NCBI RefSeq assembly: GCF_004010195.1
Contig: NC_057719.1
Span: forward strand, 74,650,043 to 74,714,042
From: Chiloscyllium plagiosum
Taxonomy: Eukaryota
Direction: 5' to 3'
Length of the DNA stretch: 64,000 nt
The translations under genes were made by a program, and so were the position numbers. The notes under the pieces were generated by a model. That model made no database searches and had not been told where the DNA came from. It was given only the letters and a program-made list of their open reading frames with translations. Positions 25,240-37,752 of this stretch are shown here, in pieces (the stretch's first letter is position 1; each line of letters starts with the position of its first letter).

Positions 25240-25880
25240 TCATAAAAACATAAGATATAGGAGCAGGAGTAGGCCAACTGGCCCTTCGAGCCTGCTCCGC
25301 TATTCAATAAGATCATGGCTGATCTTTTTGTGGCCTCAGCTCCACTTACCCGCCCACTCACCATAACCCTTAATTCCTCTACTGTTCAAAAATCTTTGCC
25401 TGAACAACATTTTAACAAGGTAGCCTCAACTGCCTCACTGGGCTAGGAAGTCCGCAGATTCAAAAGTTCGTCCTCACCTCAATCCTAAATCTGTTCCCCT
25501 TCGACTTTGAGGCTATGCCCTCTAGTTCTAGTTTGACTCACCAGTAGAAAAAAAAACCTCCCTACTTCAATCTTAACTATTCCCTTAATAATTTTGTATG
25601 TTTTTGAAAGATTCCCCCCTCCCCCAATACTGTCCACCACCAATTTTCTAAATTCCAATGTCTATAGTCCCAATCTCTCCTCATAAGCCAATCCTCTCAA
25701 CTCTGGAATCAACCTGGTGAACCTCCTCTGCACTCCCTCCAGTGCCAATACAGCCTTTCTCAAGTAAGGAGACTAAAACTGCGCACAGTACTCCAGCTGT
25801 GGCCTCCCCAGTGCCTTATACAGCTGCAACATAACCCCCCTAATTTTAAACTCTATCCCTCTAGCAATGAAGGACAATTC
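25240..25880 (-). mobile_element. CR1 LINE 3' fragment
   Basis: cataagatataggagcaggagtaggcc tail; tggtgaacctcctctgcactccctcc and cacagtactccag are reverse RVQRRFT / LEYCAQF region. Confidence 0.85.
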
Positions 25881-26220
25881 CCTCGGGGCAGGTTTTTTTT
25901 AAGTCCTAATGTGCAGCACACTTATGAATCTTCTTGTTTAATCCCTTTTTTTATCGTCTTACTCCATTTGCGAGCATGTTAAGGAGACCTGAATATGCCA
26001 CGGACCTACAGAAGCATGTTTCTACAGCCTCAGCAGTTTGGATATCTGGATCACAAGAGCACGGTATCAATAGAGGAAACATTAAAATGGAATCATCCAT
26101 AAAGCAGTTGGGTTTTCCTGCTTATTGCTGCAGGGAGTCGAATGGAGTTTTCACTTCATCTTTTTGGAGGAGCGTTATTGGGGGTGGGGGTGTGGGGGCA
26201 CAGCTTCATGTGGTGACAAG

Positions 26221-26507
26221 CACAATTGCAAAGATTCCATAATATCAGAAACGTGCTCACTACTGATGGGGACAAAGTTTCTGGGTGGATAGCGCAGTGT
26301 TCCAAGTTTAACAATTTCAATGATGTTCTATTATGACATGGGCATCTAGACTCTTGCATTCAGCACAATTGCAAAGATTCCATAATATCAGCAATTGTGT
26401 TCACTACTGATGTTGACAAAGTTTCTGGGTGGATAGCGCAGTGTTCCAAGTTTAACAATTTCAATGATGTTCTATTATGACATGGGCATCTAGACTCTTG
26501 CATTCAG
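26221..26507. repeat. Direct tandem duplication (143 + 144 bp)
   Basis: 26221-26363 and 26364-26507 are identical apart from two small clusters of differences near the 5' end. Confidence 0.97.
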
Positions 26508-26589
26508 AGACCTTGTCAGCTTCATTCTACATGAACAGAGCTGAACTTCCTTCCGTTTGCAAATGAATTGAGTATTGCCTGAAATTGCA

Positions 26590-26940
26590 CTTCTTTGGTG
26601 GTGCTGGAGAGTTTCGGTCCGGAAGAGTGATTGGACGGACTGGGATTGTTTTCCTCTGGGCAGCGGAGATCGTGAGGGGATGTAATTTAGACGTATGAAA
26701 TTTGAGGGACATACACAGGGTAGACCAGAAGGAGGGTTAGCCCCTTGATGGAGATATTGATGACCAGAGCGTGTGGGATTAAGGCAAGGAGCAAGGGGTT
26801 TAGAGGGGATGTGAGGAAAAACTGTGAGGGTGATGAAAATCTGGAACTCATGGTAGAGGCAGAAACCCTTAACATTTGAGTAGCATTTAGATATTAACTG
26901 AGGATGCCAAGGCATACAAGGCAATGGGTCAAATGTTCGA
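26590..26940 (+). mobile_element. CR1 LINE 3' fragment, diverged
   Basis: ggactgggattgttttcctctgggcagcggag...aggggtttagaggggatgtgagg...tctggaactca. Confidence 0.7.
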
Positions 26941-27295
26941 TTCATCGAAGCTTACAGCACAGGGAAAAGGTCCTTCAGTACACCGCGTCCACACCAATCA
27001 AAAGCAGCCACTTATTATAAACCCATTTTCCATGACACTTTTTTTTTTAAGAAAGATGTTCCTTTAAAACATTTTGTCTGTATCAGGACAGATACAATAA
27101 TGTCAAACTTCAAAGGGATTGGCAACGAGTGCACATTGGTTGGCAGGTAGGATCCAATTGGTTTAGGTTTTGCTATGGGACTGTGCCAGAGAATTATTGA
27201 TCCCTCGGCATTTGTTTCACTGAAGTGTGACACTAAGTGTTGTTTCTTTTTTCACCACCAAGAACAAATCCCTGTGTATGAATGTACTTCGCTTC

Positions 27296-27887
27296 TCTTA
27301 TGGACCAGACCAAACCTCCTCAAAATGTTCAGAAGATAGTCTAGGTGCTAACGTTTTCTTATTGCAAAGACAAATATAAGATGTTACATTCCAATTGCAA
27401 TTCGATTGGTCAAACTACCGGATTTAAAGCAAAACACGCTTTAGTCATTGACTCTATTTAAAATATAACAAAAGAAAGAAGGAATTGGACTAACTTGAAT
27501 GGAGAACTTATCAGAATAATAGATACAGAACTATCCCATAAGCACATCCTTGGAAAAAGGCAAAATCAAAAAACAGATTGGTCTCACATGCAATCCAATA
27601 GCCCAGGAAGCAAACCTTCCAACTTGTGGCTATAATCTAGAAAGGGATAAAAATAGCTTCCATTTCTTCAAGATCCCAACAGCTGAAAGCTAAACTAAAG
27701 ATCCTGGTTCTGTGGGAGTTTAGCCACACCCATTCAGGCTGCCTCTATTGTTCCAACTTGTTTTTTAAATAACCAAAGCCTCCACAAGCTGTTTTCTTAC
27801 AGACTGCTCCACACCTCTCATTTTAATCTCTCTTTATTTAATAAAAAACAGGACAAAATAACCTCTTGAAGCCACAGCATTGTTACT
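27296..27887. mobile_element. Older solo LTR related to 28466-29070
   Basis: Ends tcttatggaccagacc...gcattgttact parallel tgttatgagccaggac...gcatcgtcaca; flanks cttc/gttc form a degenerate 4-bp TSD. Confidence 0.6.
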
Positions 27888-28465
27888 GTTCAAATAGCCA
27901 TCAGTGAACCATGCTGCATGTCTTACTGATGATCAGAAATTGGCTATTGGTGATTCTTGTCACATTTGGAATTGCTTGGCAAACATGATCAGATCTTAGT
28001 ATTATGTCTTGTATTCTGAGTTTTACAAATAAATTATGATTGTGTTTAGAAAGACATAATGAAGAGAGCACAGCATAATAATCACAGATCTCTGTTTAAG
28101 CACTGCTTCTCTAAATCCCAAACTCCTTTTTTTTGGGAATTCAAGGTGCAGCCTTCTGAGTTTGTATATGTCAGTGCGCTTTTCTTCAGTTGTCTCTGGA
28201 AATGTAGAATTCTGATTTGTGTTCTTTGAAACTACAGTGAGACAAGTTTTGTGCTCTGTGTTTTCTGAGAAAGAAAGGTGGGGACGGTGAAAGGGAGACT
28301 TCGACAACTCCTCCCTCATTCGAGTGGGAGATGTAAGTTCCCCAAATGACTGACTACACCAGACAGATCTGGCCTCATTTGAGGTCTCACTTGGTGGCCC
28401 TGAAACATCAAGCAGCTCATACGAAATCAAGATTTCCAGTCTTGTAGTGGGACTTTAAATCCATG

Positions 28466-29070
28466 TGTTATGAGCCAGGACAGACACCATCAAAGCATTT
28501 CAAGAAAGTAGCACAGACCCTAACTTTGCTAGCTTTTTTAAGCAGCCGGAACATGGATAGTCTAGGGGGGATGCTGTCGGTCAAACCACATAGTTTTAAA
28601 CAAAAGAATTTATTTACAAGATTACCAAATAAACACAATCAAAAGCAAACAGAATACTGAATAAGTTAACCTATCCGAAAACCCAACAGATTGTCCCAGC
28701 TCAATGATGCTGTTGCAAATACTTGTAACAATCCCCACAGACATCCCTTGGCCTGTAAGGTAAAATCAAACACAGGCTGTTACAGGAGAGTAATCGGTGA
28801 GATCAGCATGGACCTGCTTCTTTGGGTCCAGCAGCCTTTCTTCAACTCTGCTGTGCTGAAACTAACCCAAAACCAGAGAAAAGCTGAGCTGGGAGAACTG
28901 GCCACTCTCCTTTCATTGTACAAATGTTTTTTTTTTAATTTAAAAGTCTTCTGCCTGAGGCTCTAAAATTCTTCAACTTAAACTTTTTGGAGCCTGTGTC
29001 TTTTATGATCTCACTGGGGGGAAAAAAAACAAGGAGCGCATAACCTCCTTAAAGGAGCAGCATCGTCACA
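28466..29070. mobile_element. Solo LTR (605 bp), probably Gypsy-type
   Basis: TGTTA...TCACA termini with exact 4-bp TSD CATG (28462-28465, 29071-29074). Confidence 0.8.
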
Positions 29071-31019
29071 CATGACATACAGACGATAGCTCCATGAAAT
29101 TTCCATTTCTTTGGGATAGCAAGAAGATTAGATCATTCATCCTAGATTTACCATGAGAAAATATGAAAGGTCATCCAGCAAATTGATCTACAGCTGAAAG
29201 GAGAATACAGGGTAAATACAATTTAATGTTGGGGTGGCTTCATTCAGAAATGTGTGTTTGCAGTGCTTCACACTCTCGCTTTCCTTGAGAGATTAGTGTT
29301 AGCAGCTCTCAACCTGGGCTTTATGTTGCCCTTGCAGACTGCTGCTCAGTTTGCTGTCCAATATTGGAATCTTGTGTGTCTGTGTGTGTGGTTGAACTTC
29401 AAGTGCCGAAGGGAGGCCAGATGCATCTTTGAAACTCTCTATAGCCTTCTGAACCATTGTCTGAAAGTGTGGTGTACAGTTTTCTGCTGCTTTAACTGCT
29501 AATTGGTTCTCAATAATCCTGCAATAATCTTTCTGTGAACGTTGTACATCTGGAGAGGAGGGAGATAATTGCAGTATTCCTAATATCAATTACTGCATAT
29601 CAATGTATAAATTAGTGCAAGTAAACAGCTGAATGTTACTTCACTCTGTGTCAATGTGTCTCTGTCACTTGCTCTTGCTTTCTGTCCATCCCTCCCTCTC
29701 TTCCACCCCCCCCCCCCCCTTGCTCTGTGTATTCCTGTCCTTCTCGCTGTGTCTTTCTTTTTCTCCCTCTCTCATTCTTGTTTTCCATCTCGATCTCTCT
29801 GTCTCACGCACTCACATCATTGTTAAAAAACAATATAGCAAATCCCTGAGGGCAGTTCACAAACTGGGTTCAAAGTAGGGAATGCTCAGGGGCGTGACCA
29901 CAGGCTTGTTTAAAAAGGTAGGTTTAAAGAAGTGAAGAAGATTGATAGATGGGGGTTTATAGAAGAATTCAAGGTATGGGTTCTCAGTGGCTGAGGACAT
30001 GATCATTTTCAATTTATGATGAAAGATTGCTCGTCAAAATGTTAATTTTTTTTTGTATGCAGATGGCACCAGAACTGCTGAGTCTCTCCAGCAATTTCTG
30101 GTTTTGTTCGTTTCAGACCTCCAGTATCCACAGTTCTTTGTTTCATCTGAGCAGGAATAGTGCTGAGCAATGGTGCAATATTGGATGTAGGTGATGAGCA
30201 ATTGGGACAATTAGAGTTTGCTCATAGACACAGAACTTCAGCAGGAGCTGATGTTACAGACTTGTGGGTATAAGAAAGAGAGCAAGGGATCACTGACATA
30301 TCTTTGAAAGACTCCAGGTACAGAACAGGGGGAATGGAGAATGAACTCCACTGAGGATACTTTGATTTCAATTTGATAGTCAAACTAAGTGAGGGCAGTC
30401 TCCTTAAACAGAGCACTGAGGTTGAGGTGTTAGAGAAGGATGGTATAGTCAATTGTGTCAAAGTTGGTCATGGAGAGAAAAGTGAGGCAATGCCGCCAAC
30501 TCATTTGAATATTGCTGAAAACAGAGGCATCTTGCACTCATCAGAACAAATGGGAGAATAGCAAGGCATCAAACAATTTTATATACAGAATAAAAGTGCA
30601 CATCAACTGTGATTGGTGTTCCAGTGAATAAAGTAACAAGAAATATAGGTTCCTTAAGATCCCAGGTAATTCCAAAGGGCCATGTTTCTTTCATTTACAG
30701 AGAATTGTGTTGTTGGCCGATCAAAGGAACCTGCTGATTGATTCAGTTGTTTAAAATATGTAGAGTACAGACCAGCCCTACCAGTCGGCACTTGCAAAAC
30801 TCAATATCTCCTGTGAGATGAGGTTTTGTAATTGGGCAGCACTCGGCGAACAATCCTGCATGTGCTAATATCCATTACTAACAAACTATTCTATCAATTG
30901 AGGTTATATTGTAGATCCTTTCCATTTGCTAGAGGTGACATGTACACATATGCAGGTATTCATCCTCTACAAATGAAAGCTATGTCTTTTTGTTTTAAAT
31001 CCCCTGGGAGCTTTGGGAG

Positions 31020-31190
31020 CCTATAGTTTCCGGTTAATTTTCATCATGGTAACAATTTTGCCAATCAAAGTCAACCAATCAGGACCCATTATGCTTGTTG
31101 GGGTTGTTTGAAATTTGGCATTCTTGCATTTGTCCTGATGTGTGCAAAATGGAAAGCTTTGTAAAAAGTCTGACTTTTCAGCAATATTCA
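31020..31190 (+). mobile_element. Family C hammerhead-bearing repeat, degenerate
   Basis: ttgtcctgatgtgtgcaaaatggaaagcttt...ttttcagcaatattca; homologous to 50127-50397 and, reversed, 30505-30620. Confidence 0.55.
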
Positions 31191-32651
31191 ACTTTTGTAC
31201 AACTAAACTATGGAATATCATTTGTGATTGTTATGGCAATTATAGAGTCCTAATTGGAAGGATCAAAACATGAGATGTTGGAAAACTGAACACTGATTTA
31301 GGAGCTGATACAATGTTGTAAGCGTTTTGATGAAGAGCGGTTTAGATGAGATGATAATTTGTAAGGACCAAGGTCTCAAAGAGTTAATGACTGTGATGTT
31401 GAAGGGCAAAAGACTCTTACCCGAGATGGGAGTACTGCGCTCGCGTTCATTACTGAGGCTTTACTTGTTCAACACTGTTTCTTGCTACCTCAGCAGGGAA
31501 GTAACCACATGCACACAGAGAGAAGAAAATTAAAACATTAATGGGACAAATTTGATAATTGTAAGTAGACATTTTGCTCGATGACCAATCAAACACTTGC
31601 GTTGGTGGGTCAAGTTACCCTGAAAAGTATGAAGTATTGGCAACACTCTGTCGAGGTTCACTGTCTCTCAGATGAGTACCTGCCAACAAAAAAAGTACTT
31701 ATTCAATTGAAAGCACAAGGAGTTCAGCAAAATGTAGGGTTTGGATCTCAGCATAAATTCTTTTATGTTTAAAGAAGAACGACCTGCATATAGGTACATG
31801 CTATGGCAAGAATTTGAATGTTTGAGAGGATTTGTTTTGACTGGCAGTCCAAATGCCTTGGATGATGTGCTAATGCATTGCAGCTGAAATATCTCCAGCT
31901 CCATATGTTAATATAAGATTGGCAGAGTGTCTAATTCATAAGGCTTCTCGGGGGCTGTTTGCGTGATGGCTGGGTTCATAAAGTGCTAATGCAAGCTTGT
32001 ACCTTCTCCTGTGAGTTTGTTGCAATTATTTTTATTGATGCCTTTGAGCCTTTGAATTAACTCCATAAAACGAATGCAGCAAGTCAGGATCCAGTGTTCC
32101 ACTTCAGAACTGCTTTAAACAATTTGTTGAGATTCATCCCGGATGTAAATTAAAGAACATTTTTGTTCTTGGGAATTAGCAGTGGCAACATATGGAGAAA
32201 TGTGTCTCATTTCAGAGTTCTCGCTTCACAGTTATCAGTCACCAGAAAACCTCATCATTTTTTTTAAGGGCATGCTGAGCTTTTAATAAAGACAATATAT
32301 TTGAGTTGCAACTGTGTTTGTTTTAAATTTCTTTTTAGGAAGATTGCATTCGCTGCACTGTATTGCATTGCATTGATTATCATATCTTCAGTTATTCCCA
32401 ACTTTCCTAAGATTTCTAACTTATTCTTGGTGTCAATCTCAGCAGTGTTAGTTATCTTTCTCTTAAGTGTTTGTTCTTTAAGTACAAGCCTTTTTCTGAA
32501 AAGAGTCTTCAACCTATTTAGCCAGATGAAGCATCAGAGCTGGGTCTGTCCAACCCAGATGTATACTTCATTATTCTCAGTGCCTGACCTACATTCCGAA
32601 TTAAGATCTATATCTCAATCTTGCACAAGCCAATTACAGAGGTATAAGGGG

Positions 32652-32868
32652 TGACAAAGGCTGAAATTGCTGGAGAAACTCAGGCCTGGCAGCATCAGTG
32701 GAGAGAACGCGGAATCAACAGAAGTGTTCTGAAGAAGGGTCACTGGACCCGAAACATTTGACTGTGCTCTCTCTCCACAGATACTGCCAGATCCGCTGAG
32801 TTTCCCCAGCGGTTTCTCCATTTTTTTTTTCCGATTTCTAGCATCCACCGTTCTTGGATTTTAATTTT
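32652..32868. mobile_element. Fold-back Penelope-terminus mini element (family B) with hammerhead core, 13-bp TSD
   Basis: TSD gaggtataagggg / gaggtagaagggg (32639-32651, 32869-32881); CTGAAGA-a-GGGTC-actg-GACCC-GAAAC at 32729-32755. Confidence 0.75.
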
Positions 32869-33169
32869 GAGGTAGAAGGGGAGAGTTGGCTGAAGAGGAC
32901 CGGGTAAATAGAGTAAAATGTTTCCATCCCATTGGGAAAGAGACGCAGCAAGAAAGACCCATTTGTGGTTGGCTCAGATGGTTAAGGATAGTATTAGATA
33001 AAAAGAAGAGGCTTCTGATGTTGGCATAATAGTAAATTTTATGATTGAGAGTGTTTTTCTTTTTAATAGACTAGAAAAGTGTTGCCAAAAAATTTGATAA
33101 TAAAGAAACAAAATAGCAAGTTAGTGCCTCGGAATATAATGAGTTTTTAAATTCATGTATGCTATGTGG

Positions 33170-33820
33170 TCTTTGCCTGGGTCAGGTGTCTGCTGCCCTT
33201 GTCTTCCACGTGGTAGATGTTGCAAGTTTGTAAGGTGCTGATCAGAGGAGCATTGGTGAAATACTGCAGTCTTGCAGGTGAGACTCACAACTTCTGTGTA
33301 CATCATTGGCAAAGGGAGTGAGTGTTGAAGATGCTGGATGGAGTGCTTTGTCTGGGATCAGGTCAAGCTTTGTTTGTTCCTGGAGCTCATCCAGGGAAAT
33401 AGAAAGTATCCAGTCACACCCCCGACTTGTGGCTTGTAGATGGGTGGTCAGGGACTGGGGAGACAGGAGGTGAACTAATTGCTGCTGGAGTGATGCTGGT
33501 GATTGTGAGGGAGGAATGATATATGGTTGATTTTAGCGATGGGAATGCCTTTGAACATCAAGGATGATGGTTAAATTCTCCATTTTTGGGAGAATTTGTG
33601 GTCACTACCTGGCATTTGCACAGCATGAGTAGAACGTGACCAAGCCTGGATATTGTCCGGGTCTTGCTGCATGCAGACCTGGCCTGCTTCAGTATCTGAG
33701 GAGTCACGAATGGTGCTGAACATTGTGAATCATCTGCGAATATTCCACTTCTGACCTTTTTTTAAGATGGAAGGGAAATCATTTGAGCGGCTAGAGATGT
33801 TTGGGCCGAGGACTGTATTG
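33170..33820 (-). mobile_element. Old CR1-clade LINE fragment
   Basis: Similar to 4100-5040 (gtctgctgcccttgtcttcc, ctgcttcagtatctgaggagtcacgaatggtgctgaacattgtg). Confidence 0.7.
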
Positions 33821-35438
33821 TACGATTAAGAACTTTTGCAAATATTCAAAAAGGAAGAGACCAGGTAAAGGAAACGTAGAAGCAGAGACGAGGGAAATTT
33901 TTAAAAATTTCATTAAAACGGTGAGGATATCATTAGCTAGGGCCAGCATTAATTGCACGTAGGACAGTTAAGAGGCAACCACATTGTTATGGGTCTGGAG
34001 TCACATGTCGGCTAGACCAGGTAAGGATGGCAGTTTTCATCCCTAAAGGAACCAGATGAAATTCATACAGCATGGTACTCCTTCGTGTGATAGACAGACA
34101 AAATGTCTTTTGGCTTGATGGCAGCAGCCTTTCTGTTGTTACTGCACAGCAGCAAGGTAAAATAGCTCGTTTTACCTATTGCTCAAACCTTAAAGATATA
34201 GTATCCTTCCATGATTATCCGAGGTGGACTGATCAGTTTTCAGGACCAAAATGGGAACAGGCATTTGATGAGTTTAAACTTCACTCTTCCTAATTAACCC
34301 ACCAGTAACTAACATCCACTGAAGGTGGTGAATCATTGATAATACGCTAGCTGATCTAACACATATCACAGGATTCTTGAATAACTTGTCTGATTTTTCA
34401 CCTTTTTTAATGTGAAAATCTGGCAATGTTACAAGGGGACAAGGCCAACCTGGATAGACAAGTCAGTAAACCCAACGAACGGACTGGAATATTCATCCTT
34501 TACAATTAGTGACTATGGCAATAAAACTGAGGCTATTTTTAACAACTGACCTTTTATTGATAAACTCATAAATTGATCACCAGCCATTTGTTCACTGTGC
34601 AAGCTGAAACAAGGCATATTAAAGCCATCCTGTGGGATTAAGGTTCATCTCATCAGATCATTTGACTCCATGTTGTGTACAAACTTATGGGCCTAAGGCC
34701 AATCTTTTGATTCTGAAAACTGACCGCTTATCCTTTTGGACATTCTGCCTATCTCTCTCAAATGAGTACTGTGGTATATGAATTTCAGTGCTGGTGTGAT
34801 GCCAGGGATGTGGGCCACAAGTCATGAAGGCAGGCAGATTATACCAAGCAGTTTTATCCCTTTGACTGTTTACAACAAACAAGGGACTTATTATACTCAA
34901 CCAGTCCACATTTGCAAATCTCAGAGCACAGTGTCCAACATTAGATGTGATTCTGTGACTTGACAATATTTGCTAAATAATTCTGAATCTGTGATGAATT
35001 CTGCTAAAAGCCAATTTGTGGCTTTGAGTTGGGCTTGCAAAGTGTTGCATTTGTGTATACTGGAAGTTACGTATGTTACTACACAGGGCCCAGTCCTTTA
35101 CAGACAGACAGACAAAACAGACACCATGCCAGAACAGAATAGGTGACAATCATTCTTTCTCACTCATTTCTCAGAGCAAGGCCTTAACCATGCAGTCGAC
35201 CTGCCTGGTTTAAAATTTAACAGCACATGATAGTTAACTATCAGTCGTCGTTAACTAGGTCATTATTTAATAATTAGAGATTACTTGCCATCAGCACACT
35301 TCTCTCAAACTGAATCCATCTTGCTTTCTCTTCATTTTGGCAATTGTTACAAATTAACCTGAATCTCACATTAAAGGCTTTGACAAAAATGTCCTTTTCA
35401 GCAAGATGTAGTCCATTTAGATTTTAAAAAAAGCATTT

Positions 35439-35671
35439 TGTAGTGATTATGATGAGGTCAATCAGGTAGCCCTCCAATAGAATGAGTTCCTTCATTGGGG
35501 CTGTTAACCTGGTCCAGTCAGGGAGCCCTGGCTGACAGATAAACAGGAATGTCAGAGGCTCTGTTCACCCTGAGAGCTGGCTCTGAGGGAGCTGGATCAG
35601 TGTCAAGTTCTATGTACATGTAAATAAAGGGGACTTGGTGATGGGATACTGGTCTCTTTGCAGTTATTTCA
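35439..35671 (+). mobile_element. Short solo LTR (233 bp)
   Basis: TG...CA termini, internal AATAAA near 35623, exact 5-bp TSD CATTT (35434-35438, 35672-35676). Confidence 0.8.
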
Positions 35672-36015
35672 CATTTAATGTAATGCGACACAAAAATTTA
35701 AAATACAAGATAAGGGTTTGTTAAGCTGAGAATGATAGTAACCTGGATAGAGCATTGGTTAACAGCCAGATTGTGGACAGATGAGTCAAATGGGGGATTT
35801 TCAAATTGGCAGTCAGCATGTGGATCAGTGCTGGAGTCTGTGGATTACACTTTATATTAATGAGTAAGGTGAAGCATAATATCTCAAGTTTGGCGATACA
35901 AAGCCAGGTTGGAAAGCACGCTATAAGAATGATTTGGAGGTGCAGGTGTTGGACGGGGGTGTACAAAGTTGAAAATCACAATACCATGTTATACTCTGAC
36001 AGATTTATTTGGAAG

Positions 36016-36050
36016 CACTAGCTTTCGGAGTGCTGCTCCTTCATCAGATG
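36016..36050 (-). ncRNA. Minimal type I hammerhead ribozyme motif
   Basis: Minus strand CAU-CUGAUGA-A-GGAG-cagca-CUCC-GAAA-GCUA-GUG: intact core, stem II, palindromic AGCU stem III, short stem I. Confidence 0.6.
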
Positions 36051-36059
36051 GTTGTCAAT

Positions 36060-36094
36060 CACCTGATGAAGGAGCAGCGCTCAGAAAGCTAGTG
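36060..36094 (+). ncRNA. Minimal type I hammerhead ribozyme motif (one stem II mismatch)
   Basis: CAC-CUGAUGA-A-GGAGC-agc-GCUCA-GAAA-GCUA-GUG. Confidence 0.55.
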
Positions 36095-37671
36095 CTTCCA
36101 AATAAACCTGTTAGCATTCAACACCAGGTTATAATCTATAAGGATCCAACAAAGATATAAATGGGTTGTGTCGCAGCAAAATGGCCAATGGCGCATAATA
36201 AGGGAAATTTACTTCGATCCTAAGTGCAGAAAAGGAGAATATGTTTTAAAAGAAATTTTTTTTTAAATGCTGCAAATGCCGATATTTCGGGACTGGTGGC
36301 ACTTGCACACAAAGATAGCATACCGCTGCAGCAAATTATTTCCCCTTGCTGAGAAGTTTAGGACTAAGGGCTACCATTTCAGGATAAGAGGTGCTCATTT
36401 ATGACTGAGATGAGGACACATTTCCTCATGCAGTGGAATTCTCTACTGCAGGAAGTTGTGGATGCTTTTGCCATCATTTATGTTCATTTTTGAGGTAGAC
36501 AGATTTTTTGGTCTTTGAGGGCAGAGAGGGAATGGGTGGAAAATGGAGTTAAAGCCCAGGATCAGCCATAACCATATTGAATGACAAAGGCAGGTTTGAT
36601 AAATGGTGTACTGTTTCCCCCCCCACCATTTCTTTTTTTTCTGTCCGAGGCCCAATCTACCCCAAACTTAGTGCTAACTCTCCACCTTATGCGTACGTGC
36701 CCCCACTCCCTTCAGTCAGTTTAATTTAGTGCACAAGAGAATTGTGTCTCTGGCTCAATGCCTCTGTGTTCAACAAGGGCCATGGGACAGATGATTGCTC
36801 TCTCACAAAGGAAGCTGAAATCTTCCAGGAATGCAAACACGAGATGGGCATCCCACAGACAGAACGGAAAAAGTGACAGATCAGTGCAGGAATTCACTGA
36901 GTGGGTTTGCTTGAGAAATGAATGTTGAACAAAATAAAATGGATTACAGAAAGCACTAAAACAAAATAGATTTGGAGGCTTTACCAACTCAGGAGCACAT
37001 AGTTGTAGCATGGTGGGGTGGTTCAGGTTAGCTTAGAATTGTCATGTCAAACATCACAAGTTGCTCAAGAATGATGGAGAGAAAGTGGTTCGGAGAGTAG
37101 CAGTATTGGTAACAGAGTATATTACAACATTGGAACAGACTATGTTTACAGGTTTAGTAAGATATTCAGTATGTGGAGAGGGTGGAGGAGTAACGGGGGA
37201 AATGGTGCAATTTTCTCAATATATAACAGGCCACCAGTCAGAGGAAAACAAATGTGGGCCGTTTAGAGAGAAATACAAGACAGCTGAACAATAAAATGAT
37301 TTGTAACTAGTCCACAACAGACAAAAGAAATGTCTGATCAAAGGTGCTCCACCAATTTTGCTACAAGTAAAGCTTTCAAATGGCTTGTTTTGAATGCATT
37401 TTGTACTCACATATTTTCAATCCCTCTATCTGATACTACTTCCTAACTCTCATTGATAATACAAATTTTGGTTAAAATCTGCGATTTGAAATAAAACCAA
37501 TTACCAAGTGAGTATAACAATTTGGAAATAGCACTGCATTTTGTTTTCAGTCATGACTCAAAAATGCAGGGCTCCACTGGAAGTTGCCAACTTTTTTCAG
37601 ACAAAGAACAATGTGACAGAGAAGGTAGAAAACAAAGTGGCAGGTCAACTGTGAGGAATCCTCAAATATAG

Positions 37672-37752
37672 AAACAAAATATAGAAATTGCTGGAGAAAA
37701 TCAGCAGGTCTGGCAACTTCTGTAGAGAGAATGCAGAGTCACCATTTCAATT
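37672..37752. mobile_element. Family B Penelope-terminus half element, 14-bp TSD
   Basis: gaaattgctggagaaaatcagcaggtctggc, flanked by atcctcaaatatag (37658-37671) and atcctcaaatacag (37753-37766). Confidence 0.7.

Larger units (their letters stand above)
35928..36135. mobile_element. Fold-back Penelope-terminus mini element (family A) inserted in an old CR1
   Basis: Palindrome 35997-36113; candidate TSD ctataag at 35921-35927 and 36136-36142. Confidence 0.75.

Noticed and set aside
26318..26412. C/D-box snoRNA-like arrangement (ATGATGT ... CTGA)
   Set aside because: Imperfect C box, and the arrangement exists only across the junction of a recent tandem duplication.
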